This document shows, piece after piece, positions 51,817 through 61,684 of a stretch of 64,000 nucleotides of DNA. Each line of letters starts with the position of its first letter. Within the stretch, counting starts at the first letter, position 1. Below the pieces are notes generated by a model, which saw nothing but the letters and a program-made list of their open reading frames with translations, did not search any database and was not told the origin of the DNA. The position numbers were made by a program, and so were the translations under genes. This DNA comes from Candidatus Poribacteria bacterium (lineage in GTDB: Bacteria > Poribacteria > WGA-4E > WGA-3G), in contig CAXXUA010000013.1 of NCBI GenBank assembly GCA_963663765.2, positions 448,001 through 512,000 of the forward strand. Direction: 5' to 3'.

Positions 51817-54426
51817 ATGAAATGTACAATTAACATGACACCTATTATACTTGTTTTTCACATAGTTTTAGCATTTTCTATGGTCGTTATACCTGTCAGT
51901 GTAGCAGATAACCATGAAAGTGACAGTGAAAGCGAGATGAGCGAAGCAGAATCTGAGTCTGAAGTCGTAGAACTTGAAAAAATGGTAATTGTTGGTACGC
52001 GCGCAAAACCACGTTCCATTCTGGAATCTACCGTTCCTATAGATGTCGTTCTCAGTGATGACTTCATAAAACAGGGCGGAACAGACTTACCTGACCTATT
52101 GAGAAAGTTGGTACCATCTTATAATGTGAATGCACAGCCGATTGCTGATGCAGCGACTGTCGTACGACCTGCTAATCTCAGAGGGTTAGCACCGGATCAC
52201 ACACTTCTACTAGTGAATGGAAAACGTAGACACCGCGCCTCGGTAATCACATGGCTTGGTAACGGTTTATCTGACGGTTCTCAAGGGGCAGACTTGTCTC
52301 CAATCCCATCAATAGCTATCAAACAGATGGAAGTCCTTCGGGATGGTGCATCCGCACAATACGGTTCTGATGCAATTGCAGGAGTGATGAACCTGCAATT
52401 GAAGGATAGTTTCAAAGGCGGGTCGTTAGAAATCAAACCCGGTATATTTCAAGAGGGAGACGGTCTCACATACTCCATCGCTGGTAATATCGGTTTAGGA
52501 ACTGAAGACTATTGGGCAAATCTCAGTTTGGAATACGGAAATATGGATCAAACTGACCGTTCCATCCAAAGAGACGATGCAACCGCTCTTGTCAATGCTG
52601 GAAATAGCCATGTTGCCAACCCAGCACAGCCATGGGGACACCCTATTATTAGTGATGATGTTAAGTTCTTTGCAAACTACGGGCTTAATATTGCTAACAA
52701 TATAGAACTTTATGGCCACGGAAATTATGCACAGAAACAGGTTGAAGGTGGGTTTTATTTCCGAAACCCAAATACGCGTGGCGGTGTATTTAGTATTGAT
52801 GACGGTGCAACCTTGCTTGTCGGACGTGTGGCAGGTGAAGGTGATGTGCCAGTTGTAACGATAACGGACAATGTCCCTGACCCAGAGGCATTACAAATAG
52901 TGCTTGATGATGACGATCTTTTTACATTCCAAGAACTTTTCCCTGGCGGGTTTACCCCACGGTTTGGAGCAGACACACAAGATGCTTCTTTTGTTATTGG
53001 GTTAAAAGGATCTCTTGTTGAGAAATTAGGTTGGGATTTGAGTGCTTCTTATGGACGCCATGCATCTGATTTCTTCATCAACAATACCGTCAATGCTTCG
53101 TTGGGTCCAGAGACACCCACCGAATTTGACCCTGGTGATTATATCCAAGCTGATACAAACTTCAGCCTTGATCTGACATATCCTCTTTCCGAGCAAGTGT
53201 TCTTAGCCGTTGGCGGTGAATATCGAACAGAAACATTTGAAATTGTACAGGGTCAAGAAGAATCATGGATAATTGGACCTCTGGCAAGTCAAGGTTTTAG
53301 TTCCGGATCAAACGGTTTTCCCGGCTTCAGTGACATCGCAGAAGGCAACTGGTCACGTTCCAATTTTGGCGGATACTTGGAAACTGTATTGACACCAATA
53401 GAACCATGGACTGTCAGTGCAGCTATTCGTGGAGAAAACTTTGAGGATTTTGGTAGTACGATAAACTACAAAATCGCCACAAGTTATGCTTTCAATGAAA
53501 CAGTAATGGAATTCCTGTCTCTCGATCCAGAACTTGATATGAGAGTCCGTGGCAGCTACAGTACTGGGTTCCGGGCACCAACGCCAGGTCAACAAAATGC
53601 GTTCAACGTAACAACAGAATTTGGTGAGAACAATACATTGGTGAACAAGGGGTATATTCCTTCTACTCACGCCGCTGCGGAATTAGTGGGTGGGGCTGCT
53701 CTTGAACCGGAAAAGTCAAGAAACATATCTGTCGGATCTGTTCTCAGTGACGGTGTTGTTAGTGTTACTATAGATTATTTTAGTATACGCGTTGAAGACC
53801 GTTTAGCCCCATCAAGAGACTTCCAACGTGGAGACGACATTACTGAAGAACAAATAAAGCAACTTGTAGATGAAGGCATAACAAGTGCTGAAAACCTTCA
53901 AGAATTCCGTTTCTTCACCAACGAATTTGAGACCAGCACGCAAGGTATTGACTTAGTCCTTACTACACCTATCCCTAAAGGCACTGTGAGTCTGGCATAT
54001 AATTACACTGCTACTAAGGTTACTGAACATAATCCTGATATTTTAGATAACCAACGTGTACGCCTATTAGAGGAAGGACTGCCAAAACATCGGGGTAACA
54101 TCACAGTTACACAAAATGTTCGTGATAACTTCGGTGTATTGGGACGTGTCAATTACTATGGACCCTGGTATGAAAATGCTGTTGGTGCACAAATATTTGA
54201 CGACGTGTTCTTAGTTGATCTTGAAGTAAATTATGCATTCGCAAATAACTTGGGATTCACATTAGGTGTGAATAATGTTTTCAGTGTTGAACCAGATACA
54301 GTAAAATGGGCAGACCCAAATATTGAGAACTTTACTGGATCAATCGTTGGTAGACCGTTTGGCGAATATAGTCCCTTCGGATTTGGCGGCGCGTTCTGGT
54401 ACACCAAAATCGGTTACAACTTCTGA
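51817..54426 (+). CDS. TonB-dependent receptor, paralog of 49100..51685
   Basis: Same motifs, with long near-identical peptide stretches. Confidence 0.95.
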   Translation: MKCTINMTPIILVFHIVLAFSMVVIPVSVADNHESDSESEMSEAESESEVVELEKMVIVGTRAKPRSILESTVPIDVVLSDDFIKQGGTDLPDLLRKLVPSYNVNAQPIADAATVVRPANLRGLAPDHTLLLVNGKRRHRASVITWLGNGLSDGSQGADLSPIPSIAIKQMEVLRDGASAQYGSDAIAGVMNLQLKDSFKGGSLEIKPGIFQEGDGLTYSIAGNIGLGTEDYWANLSLEYGNMDQTDRSIQRDDATALVNAGNSHVANPAQPWGHPIISDDVKFFANYGLNIANNIELYGHGNYAQKQVEGGFYFRNPNTRGGVFSIDDGATLLVGRVAGEGDVPVVTITDNVPDPEALQIVLDDDDLFTFQELFPGGFTPRFGADTQDASFVIGLKGSLVEKLGWDLSASYGRHASDFFINNTVNASLGPETPTEFDPGDYIQADTNFSLDLTYPLSEQVFLAVGGEYRTETFEIVQGQEESWIIGPLASQGFSSGSNGFPGFSDIAEGNWSRSNFGGYLETVLTPIEPWTVSAAIRGENFEDFGSTINYKIATSYAFNETVMEFLSLDPELDMRVRGSYSTGFRAPTPGQQNAFNVTTEFGENNTLVNKGYIPSTHAAAELVGGAALEPEKSRNISVGSVLSDGVVSVTIDYFSIRVEDRLAPSRDFQRGDDITEEQIKQLVDEGITSAENLQEFRFFTNEFETSTQGIDLVLTTPIPKGTVSLAYNYTATKVTEHNPDILDNQRVRLLEEGLPKHRGNITVTQNVRDNFGVLGRVNYYGPWYENAVGAQIFDDVFLVDLEVNYAFANNLGFTLGVNNVFSVEPDTVKWADPNIENFTGSIVGRPFGEYSPFGFGGAFWYTKIGYNF

Positions 54427-54434
54427 TAATATTA

Positions 54435-54474
54435 TTTGTATTAGAGAACAGGTTTTTCTGTTCTCTAATACAAA
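54435..54474 (+). terminator. 17-bp-stem hairpin
   Basis: tttgtattagagaacag-gttttt-ctgttctctaatacaaa. Confidence 0.7.
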
Positions 54475-54565
54475 GCTGAGTAGGAGCGGTTTTCATTCTG
54501 CACCGAGTACAATAATCTGATTTTTCAAATTCAAGTTAGAATAAGAAGGAGTGTTATAAATTCTA

Positions 54566-55741
54566 ATGTTTAGAACTATGTTTAGGCAAATTCCATTTTT
54601 TTTCTTACTTACCACTTTCTTTTTCACATTTATGTTCTTCACAGGTTGTGAACGAATAATACAAACCATCCCACAAGAAGATTTAGATTCAACAATCAAG
54701 ATAGGATTAATCTATAGTCCTACGGACCCAGGTACTACACTAAATGGTGTGGAATTAGCAATATCACTTGCAAATGAAGCAGGTGGAATCAAGGGTAAAT
54801 CTATTGAACTTCTTCTCAAAGAAAGTAACAGAGAACCTTCACTTAGTGTACAACATGCAAATGAACTGATTGATGCAGGAGTTTTAGTTATCTTAGGTCC
54901 TGATTACAGCGACGAGGCAGTAGAGGTCGGTAGTGTTGCACAAGAACATGGCATCCCAATGATGACAACCTATCCTACAAATCCAAAAGTAACGAGCAAC
55001 GGAAATTTCTCATTTCAAGGAGCTATCCGTGACCCAGACCAAGCAAGGATAATGGCTAATTTTGCAATACAAGATTTGAACGCATTGACTGCCGCTGTCC
55101 TCACAGAAACAGGTGATTCCTATTCAGAAGAAATTTCAGAAGCATTTATTGAATACTATTCGGCACAAGATGGAAAAATTGCAACACAGCAATTCTATAA
55201 TTCAGGCGAAACAGATTTTACAGAACAATTGACCGAAATTGCTGCTGTTGATCCTGCTGTAGACGTTGTCTTTTTGGCTGGTTTGGGTTCGGAATTTCCA
55301 TTAGCAGTAAAACAAGCTAAATCTGAAACGTTCGGTATTACAGCAACTTTCCTCGGCGGTGATGGTTGGGATCGTCCTGACTTAGTGGAAATTGGTGGAA
55401 TTGCATTGGAAGGTAGTTTCTTTGCTAACCACTTCTCACCTGATGCACAATTGAGTGAACTTGGGAATCTATTTGTTAACTTATATACCGAGAAATTTGG
55501 GATTGCACCAAACGGTCCCGCTGCCCTTGGCTTTGATTCTACGAATGTTGTTATTGAAGCAATGCGGCGAACGACTGATTTGACACCCGCAGCAATCCGT
55601 GGCCAAATTGAAGAAACTCAGAACTACAACGGAGCAATGATTATATCTCATTTTGATGAAAACCGTTATGCAGTCAAGAGTTTAGTTATTAACACCGTTA
55701 AAGATGGAAAGATACAATTTCATCAAGTAATTACACCATAG
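54566..55741 (+). CDS. LivJ-type ABC substrate-binding lipoprotein, paralog of 40536..41693
   Basis: FTGC lipobox; shared motifs. Confidence 0.88.
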   Translation: MFRTMFRQIPFFFLLTTFFFTFMFFTGCERIIQTIPQEDLDSTIKIGLIYSPTDPGTTLNGVELAISLANEAGGIKGKSIELLLKESNREPSLSVQHANELIDAGVLVILGPDYSDEAVEVGSVAQEHGIPMMTTYPTNPKVTSNGNFSFQGAIRDPDQARIMANFAIQDLNALTAAVLTETGDSYSEEISEAFIEYYSAQDGKIATQQFYNSGETDFTEQLTEIAAVDPAVDVVFLAGLGSEFPLAVKQAKSETFGITATFLGGDGWDRPDLVEIGGIALEGSFFANHFSPDAQLSELGNLFVNLYTEKFGIAPNGPAALGFDSTNVVIEAMRRTTDLTPAAIRGQIEETQNYNGAMIISHFDENRYAVKSLVINTVKDGKIQFHQVITP

Positions 55742-55808
55742 TATTTCTTAAATATTATAGAGCAAGGTTTCTGCACCTTGCACACTTTGAAGGGGGAAAT
55801 TAATCGCT

Positions 55809-56645
55809 ATGAGCAATCAAAGCAGAGACGCTGAATATACCATGGGGAGAAGTGAATCCGAAACAGACCGACTGATTGAGCAGTCCGTGCTTTACGATGA
55901 TGTCACGCGACGCTTCCTATTGAGAAGCGGCATAACTAAAGGTATGAAAGTGCTTGATGTTGGTAGTGGTGCAGGAGACGTAGCACTCACGCTCGCAGAA
56001 TTTGTCGGTCCAGAAGGGAAAGTCGTTGGCGTTGATCTCAATGCAGATATTCTTGAGATCGCAAAAACTCGCGCTGACGCAGCTGGTTATGAGAACATTG
56101 AACTCATTGCTGGGGACACACGAACACTTGAACTCCCATCAGACTTTGATGCTGTTGTAGGCAGACTTGTACTGATGTATATGGCGGATCCAGCAGAAGC
56201 ACTCCAACATTTGACAACACATTTACGTCCAGGTGGTATTGCTGCTTTTCAAGAGGTAGACTTTTCACCTTATACTGCTGCTGTTCATTCAGATACACCT
56301 TTGATAAATGATTTAGTTGACTGGGGACGTACCGTGTTTGAACGATCAGGTGCACATGTTGAAATGGGAATGGAACTCTACAAAGCTTATGTTGACGCTG
56401 GTTTGCCAGAACCTTCACTCCATTTTGAAGCACCTATGGGTGGTCCTGAAAACTGGCCTGGATTTGCTTATCTTGAAAATAGTTTTCGGAGCATCTTACC
56501 ACTAATAGAAGCTTATGAAATTGCTACTGCTGAAGAGGTAGATGTAGACACACTCGCAGCACGGATACAAGCTGAAGTCTCCGCGTCTAAACGACCTATA
56601 ATGTTACCACCGCACATCACAGCACATGCAACTCTACCGTCTTAA
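55809..56645 (+). CDS. Class I SAM methyltransferase
   Basis: VLDVGSGAGD and FDAVVGR motifs. Confidence 0.92.
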   Translation: MSNQSRDAEYTMGRSESETDRLIEQSVLYDDVTRRFLLRSGITKGMKVLDVGSGAGDVALTLAEFVGPEGKVVGVDLNADILEIAKTRADAAGYENIELIAGDTRTLELPSDFDAVVGRLVLMYMADPAEALQHLTTHLRPGGIAAFQEVDFSPYTAAVHSDTPLINDLVDWGRTVFERSGAHVEMGMELYKAYVDAGLPEPSLHFEAPMGGPENWPGFAYLENSFRSILPLIEAYEIATAEEVDVDTLAARIQAEVSASKRPIMLPPHITAHATLPS

Positions 56646-56657
56646 ATAGCACAGAAC

Positions 56658-57518
56658 ATGACGAATACTGATTCAGGTAACTCCCACACACTCAATAGTG
56701 ATGCTACCTATACCTTAGGACGCACATCACACGAAACAACTCGTCTGATCGAACAATCAAAAATCTATGGGGAGTCAACCCGACTCCTCTTAGAACGTGC
56801 TGGAATTTGTGAGGGTATGCGTGTCCTTGAAATCGGAAGCGGTGCTGGTGATGTCGCGCTTACGCTTGCTGAACTTGTCGGATCATCTGGACAAGTTGTC
56901 GGTGTAGATGTCAATCCAGCAATCCTTAGCACAGCACGGCAACGTGCTTCTGAAACAGATATAAACAACATCCAATTCATTGCAGGGGATGCCAGAACAC
57001 TTCTCTTTGAAGAGAAATTTGACGCACTAATTGGTAGGTTCGTGTTGATGTATATGTCCGATCCGGTTGTAGCATTAGCAAAACTCATTACACATTTAAA
57101 ACCATGTGGAGTTGTTGCCTTTCAGGAACCAGAGTATACACTTTATCCCGGATTTTCAGATCCAGATTCACCTCTTGTGAATAAACTGTATAAGTGGATT
57201 GTGGAGGCATTTGAAAGTTCTGGGGCACATCTTGATATGGGCATCGGACTATACCGTGCTTTTGTTGAGGTGGGTTTGCCACCACCAGAGATGCATCTGC
57301 ACGGTCCAATCGGAGCAGATGCAGATTGGTCAGGCTACCGATATATGGTCACTATCTTCCAAAGTCTACTTCCTCTCATTGAGAAATTTGGGATAGCAAC
57401 TGCAGCTGAGGTAGATATAAACACATTAGGAGAACGCTTACGACAGGAAGTAATGGCAACAAAACGTCCATTTTTCCTACCACTGCATGTAACTGCACAG
57501 GCATGTTTACCTGCATAG
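56658..57518 (+). CDS. Class I SAM methyltransferase, tandem paralog
   Basis: VLEIGSGAGD motif. Confidence 0.92.
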   Translation: MTNTDSGNSHTLNSDATYTLGRTSHETTRLIEQSKIYGESTRLLLERAGICEGMRVLEIGSGAGDVALTLAELVGSSGQVVGVDVNPAILSTARQRASETDINNIQFIAGDARTLLFEEKFDALIGRFVLMYMSDPVVALAKLITHLKPCGVVAFQEPEYTLYPGFSDPDSPLVNKLYKWIVEAFESSGAHLDMGIGLYRAFVEVGLPPPEMHLHGPIGADADWSGYRYMVTIFQSLLPLIEKFGIATAAEVDINTLGERLRQEVMATKRPFFLPLHVTAQACLPA

Positions 57519-57653
57519 ATCTGACATACTGTATATTAGTCAGACAGATTAAAGAAGTAGATGTAACATCAAAACACACCATAGGCGTCAATTTAAGGAC
57601 AAATCCCGTCACACATTGAAGGGAGGGTCTCCGGGGAATGCTAAAAGGCATTC

Positions 57654-58148
57654 ATACCGTTAATTTGTTACCCGCTCGTGTTCTCGGTACTAATAACAAA
57701 TCACGTCAATTTGGTATCAGTCCCGTAGGGACGAATGTTTATAGAAAAAATGCTAACCACCTCTTGAGTTCCGTAGGAACGACATATATAGAAAACATAT
57801 CGTCCCTACGGGATAAAACTTATGAGGACAGACCATTATGTTACGGTTTCCTAACCACAAAATAGTGGTCTGTATAAGAAAATTGCACTGATTTTCTCTT
57901 GTAGTGAGTTTCAACCCAGATTTACACAGTCTTATAGTAAAATCCAAGAATATGTCTACACTCCCTGGTAGGTGCGGTTTCTAACCAATGCAGAATATCA
58001 TACGCGTATTCTGCACGATTTTATACAGGTTCGGTTAGGAAACCGAACCTACCGTCGTGTCCTAGTAATTATGGATTTTACTATAAATCTGCGTAAGTCC
58101 CGCTTATAAAAGTAGTAGGTGCGTCCAAAACGCACCTACTACTTTTAT
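57654..58148. repeat. Cluster of nested MITE and REP elements
   Basis: Family B end near 57700-57717; tcccgtagggacga...tcgtccctacggga; family D element 57932..58086 with 15-bp TIR; family A end tgcgtaagtcc; hairpin 58106..58148. Confidence 0.75.
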
Positions 58149-58187
58149 TTACTTTATTGTTTTATGTTGATCATGAAATGCAAGAAA

Positions 58188-58982
58188 CTAACGTACATAA
58201 GACTTCAGGTTTCCCCAAGTCGTTGTCAATTTTCCTTGTGCGTCCACAGCAAGGTGTTCAACCATTCCATTATTCATAATGGATTGTACTTCCTCTTGTG
58301 TTAACCCACGTTTCCAGATGTTGAGTTCATCCATGAGTCCATTGAACGGACGTTTGTTGTCAATGTTATATCCTACACGTGCCCCCATATCCCAATCTCC
58401 AGCGATTTTGCCGCTTGCTCGTGCTTTTTCATTCGCAACTTCTTCACCATTGATATAGAGATATGCCATTTCTTCTTCACGGCTAAATGTGCCAGCATAA
58501 TGTATCCAATCGTTAGCCTGGTTTTTTCCAGCTTTGATATCAAACAGTGTTTGATTCTCCGCGCTTCGGTTTAACCAGCGGTAATTTCCATCACCGCGTG
58601 CTTCGGGATGAACAAGCCAAACACTATTTTCTGCGCGCGCATTGAAAATCGCCATATCCGCTATGCCTTCAACATTGATCCACGCAACAACACTCATTCC
58701 TTCTGTCGGAATATCGTCAGGATTGATATTAGGACCATTTAGGTCAAGAAAACCACCTGTTGCGAAATGGGCTGCTTTGCCAAACCTACCATCGTCTGAT
58801 TGCTTTACATTACCATTTATTTTCCCGTTGTATTCACGTCCAGATTTCTCAAAAACGGTGTCTCCATCAAACTCTTCAAAGTCAAAATAGAGCACCAAAT
58901 CCGGATCTAACACATCTGCAGACAGATCATTTATTTGAAGTATTGTAAACATACATATCAGTATCGAAACAAAGTGTTTCAT
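58188..58982 (-). CDS. Secreted LamG-like jellyroll protein with C-terminal AVDAQGKLTTTWG.LK motif
   Basis: LVLYFDFE, W.H.AG, YING and F.G.MDE..I motifs. Confidence 0.88.
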   Translation of the reverse strand: MKHFVSILICMFTILQINDLSADVLDPDLVLYFDFEEFDGDTVFEKSGREYNGKINGNVKQSDDGRFGKAAHFATGGFLDLNGPNINPDDIPTEGMSVVAWINVEGIADMAIFNARAENSVWLVHPEARGDGNYRWLNRSAENQTLFDIKAGKNQANDWIHYAGTFSREEEMAYLYINGEEVANEKARASGKIAGDWDMGARVGYNIDNKRPFNGLMDELNIWKRGLTQEEVQSIMNNGMVEHLAVDAQGKLTTTWGNLKSYVR

Positions 58983-59138
58983 TATTGTTTTTTCCTTTTA
59001 TTTTCATTTTAGAATTTTTTTAACCTTTATAGTTTAACACTTGTTATTGCAAACCTGCAAACAAAAATCTCAAGAGTTTTTCCTTGAAATTAACAGTGTA
59101 TTAAGATAAATTAATACGATGACTTTGGAGTAACCTAT

Positions 59139-60929
59139 ATGAAAATATCACCCATTGATTGGACAATAATTATCGGTTATATCCTGTTTGCACTTGGACT
59201 CGGCATCTATTTTTCCAAGAGAGCAGGGAAAAACATCAACGAGTTTTTTGTCTCAGGACGAAACCTCCCTTGGTGGTTAGCTGGTACCTCTATGGTAGCG
59301 ACTACCTTCGCTGCTGACACTCCCCTCGCAGTCACCGAACTTGTTGTCAAAGATGGGATCGCAGGGAATTGGTTATGGTGGAACGCCGTTCTTAGCGGTA
59401 TTTTAGCCACATATCTGTTTTCAAGACTATGGAGACGTTCTGACATCATTACAGATGTTGAGTTCACTGAACTACGATACTCTGGACCTTCAGCGAGTTT
59501 CTTAAGAGGTTTTCGCGCCCTATATATCGGATTGCCGATGAACTGCATTACGATGGGATGGGTCATCCTTGCAATGCAGAAAATCGTTGTGATAACTTTC
59601 GGCCTCCAGGATACTGCATATACAAAAGTCGTTGTGGTCTTAGTATGCCTTCTAATTGCTGGTGTTTATTGTGCGTTGTCAGGATTCTGGGGTGTTGTCA
59701 TGACAGACATCGTGCAGTTCGGCATGGCTATGATAGGTTCTATTGCTCTTGCAATCATCGCTATAAAGAAAATCGGTGGCATAGGAGTTCTGAAAGAGAA
59801 ATTGGTTGGTGTTTACGGAGTAGACAACAGTATACTAAATTTTACTCCCGACTTTAGTGCCGGCAAAATGGCAATAATTACCTTCGGAGTTTATATGGGT
59901 ATCCAGTGGTGGGCATCAAACGGCGTTGACGGTAGCGGATATATCGCACAAAGGATGTTCGCCGCCAAGAATGAACGACACACACTGCTGGCAACATTGT
60001 GGTTCAATATCGCACATTACACACTCCGTCCCTGGCCCTGGATACTCGTCGCATTAGTAGCAATGGTGGTTTATCCACACATTGGTGATCCTGACCATGT
60101 GAATCAAACACTACAAGACCCCGCTGTAGGTTACCCGTTACTCATGCTTGAGTTTCTACCTGTTGGCTTGCTTGGACTCATGCTGACTGCATTTCTGGCT
60201 GCTTTCATGTCTACGATTGATACACATCTTAACTGGGGTGCGTCCTACCTTGTCAACGACTTTTACAAGCGATTTATAAAACCGGATGAAACTCCAAAGC
60301 ATTATGTTGCTATATCAAGGCTTTTTGTAATTCTCATCATGCTAATTGCAGGAGTAACAAGCCTTTTCATGGATTCTATCGCTGGAGCATGGAAGTTTCT
60401 AATTGCATTGAATTCTGGTATCGGACTTGTGCAGATTCTGCGATGGTATTGGTGGAGAATCAACGCATGGTCAGAAATATCGGCAATGGTAGCAGCGTTA
60501 GTTGTCTCAATCTTTGTATTTTTACATCCCGCAACAAAAGATGAATTCGCATTCCAAATGCTCCTCATTGTCCCAATATCTACTATTGTTTGGATAGTAG
60601 TTACATTCATTACTGAACCTGTTTCAAATGAAACATTAATCTCCTTTTACAAAAAGGTTAGACCAAGTAAAACTGGATGGAATTGGGTTGCAAAAGCATT
60701 TGAAAACGAATCAAAAATAACAGACACTCAAAATATACAAACTGATACAAAGATACCCGCATTGGTGAATTGGATAGTCGGAGTGATTTTTATTTATTCA
60801 TTCTTATTTAGCATTGGCAAACTGCTATTAGGATTTGCCAGTTCTGGTCTGATTTTTCTATTAATCGCAATTGTTAGTGGGGTGATCATGTTTAAAAATT
60901 TACCGACAAAAAAGGGAAGTGATATTTGA
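59139..60929 (+). CDS. Sodium:solute symporter
   Basis: GRNLPWW..GTSMVATTFAADTP, AQR and AAFMST motifs. Confidence 0.92.
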   Translation: MKISPIDWTIIIGYILFALGLGIYFSKRAGKNINEFFVSGRNLPWWLAGTSMVATTFAADTPLAVTELVVKDGIAGNWLWWNAVLSGILATYLFSRLWRRSDIITDVEFTELRYSGPSASFLRGFRALYIGLPMNCITMGWVILAMQKIVVITFGLQDTAYTKVVVVLVCLLIAGVYCALSGFWGVVMTDIVQFGMAMIGSIALAIIAIKKIGGIGVLKEKLVGVYGVDNSILNFTPDFSAGKMAIITFGVYMGIQWWASNGVDGSGYIAQRMFAAKNERHTLLATLWFNIAHYTLRPWPWILVALVAMVVYPHIGDPDHVNQTLQDPAVGYPLLMLEFLPVGLLGLMLTAFLAAFMSTIDTHLNWGASYLVNDFYKRFIKPDETPKHYVAISRLFVILIMLIAGVTSLFMDSIAGAWKFLIALNSGIGLVQILRWYWWRINAWSEISAMVAALVVSIFVFLHPATKDEFAFQMLLIVPISTIVWIVVTFITEPVSNETLISFYKKVRPSKTGWNWVAKAFENESKITDTQNIQTDTKIPALVNWIVGVIFIYSFLFSIGKLLLGFASSGLIFLLIAIVSGVIMFKNLPTKKGSDI

Positions 60930-61684
60930 AAAGTATAGGAATTATTCCAGCACGTTATGCATCAAGCCGTTTTAAGGGAAAGGCATTAGCAGACATTTTC
61001 GGAAAACCGATGGTGCAACATGTTTACGAAAATGCCTGCAAGTCAAAAATGCTAAGCCAAGTAATTGTCGCTACAGATGACCAACGAATCTACAACGCCA
61101 TGAAAAACATTGGTGGAAATGTACAAATGACAGGTGAATTTTCCACCGGATCTGACCGTGTTTCCTACGTCGCTGAAAAACTGACATGTGACATTGTAGT
61201 CAATATACAAGGTGATGAACCCTTGCTTGAACCTGAACAGATTGATTTGATGCTGCAACCTTTTGTGGACAGACCGGATGTACAAGTCTGTACTTTGAAA
61301 GAACGAATTCACACTGTAGAGGATTATCTTGATAGGAACGTCGTGAAAGTTGTTACGAATCTGAATGGCGATGCGTTGTACTTTTCAAGGGGTACAATCC
61401 CTTGCACACCAATAAACAAACAACTTAATTTTAATGAAAACATGCCCGTATATAAACATATTGGGTTATATGCATTCCGAAAGGAACAACTCCTTGCTTT
61501 CACATCTTGGGAACAAACCCCTCATGAGATTATTGAAGGATTAGAGCAGCTGCGATTTTTGGAAAACGGTATTCCTATCCATGTCGTTGAAACAGATACT
61601 TCTCTTATTGGCGTAGATGTACCAGCAGATTTGGAACGCGTAAAACAGATTTTAAAAATGAAAGGCATTGAAGGAAATGACTAA
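60926..61684 (+). CDS. kdsB: CMP-KDO synthetase
   Basis: IIPARYASSRF.GK, NIQGDEP and LEQLR motifs. Confidence 0.95.
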   Translation: MKSIGIIPARYASSRFKGKALADIFGKPMVQHVYENACKSKMLSQVIVATDDQRIYNAMKNIGGNVQMTGEFSTGSDRVSYVAEKLTCDIVVNIQGDEPLLEPEQIDLMLQPFVDRPDVQVCTLKERIHTVEDYLDRNVVKVVTNLNGDALYFSRGTIPCTPINKQLNFNENMPVYKHIGLYAFRKEQLLAFTSWEQTPHEIIEGLEQLRFLENGIPIHVVETDTSLIGVDVPADLERVKQILKMKGIEGND

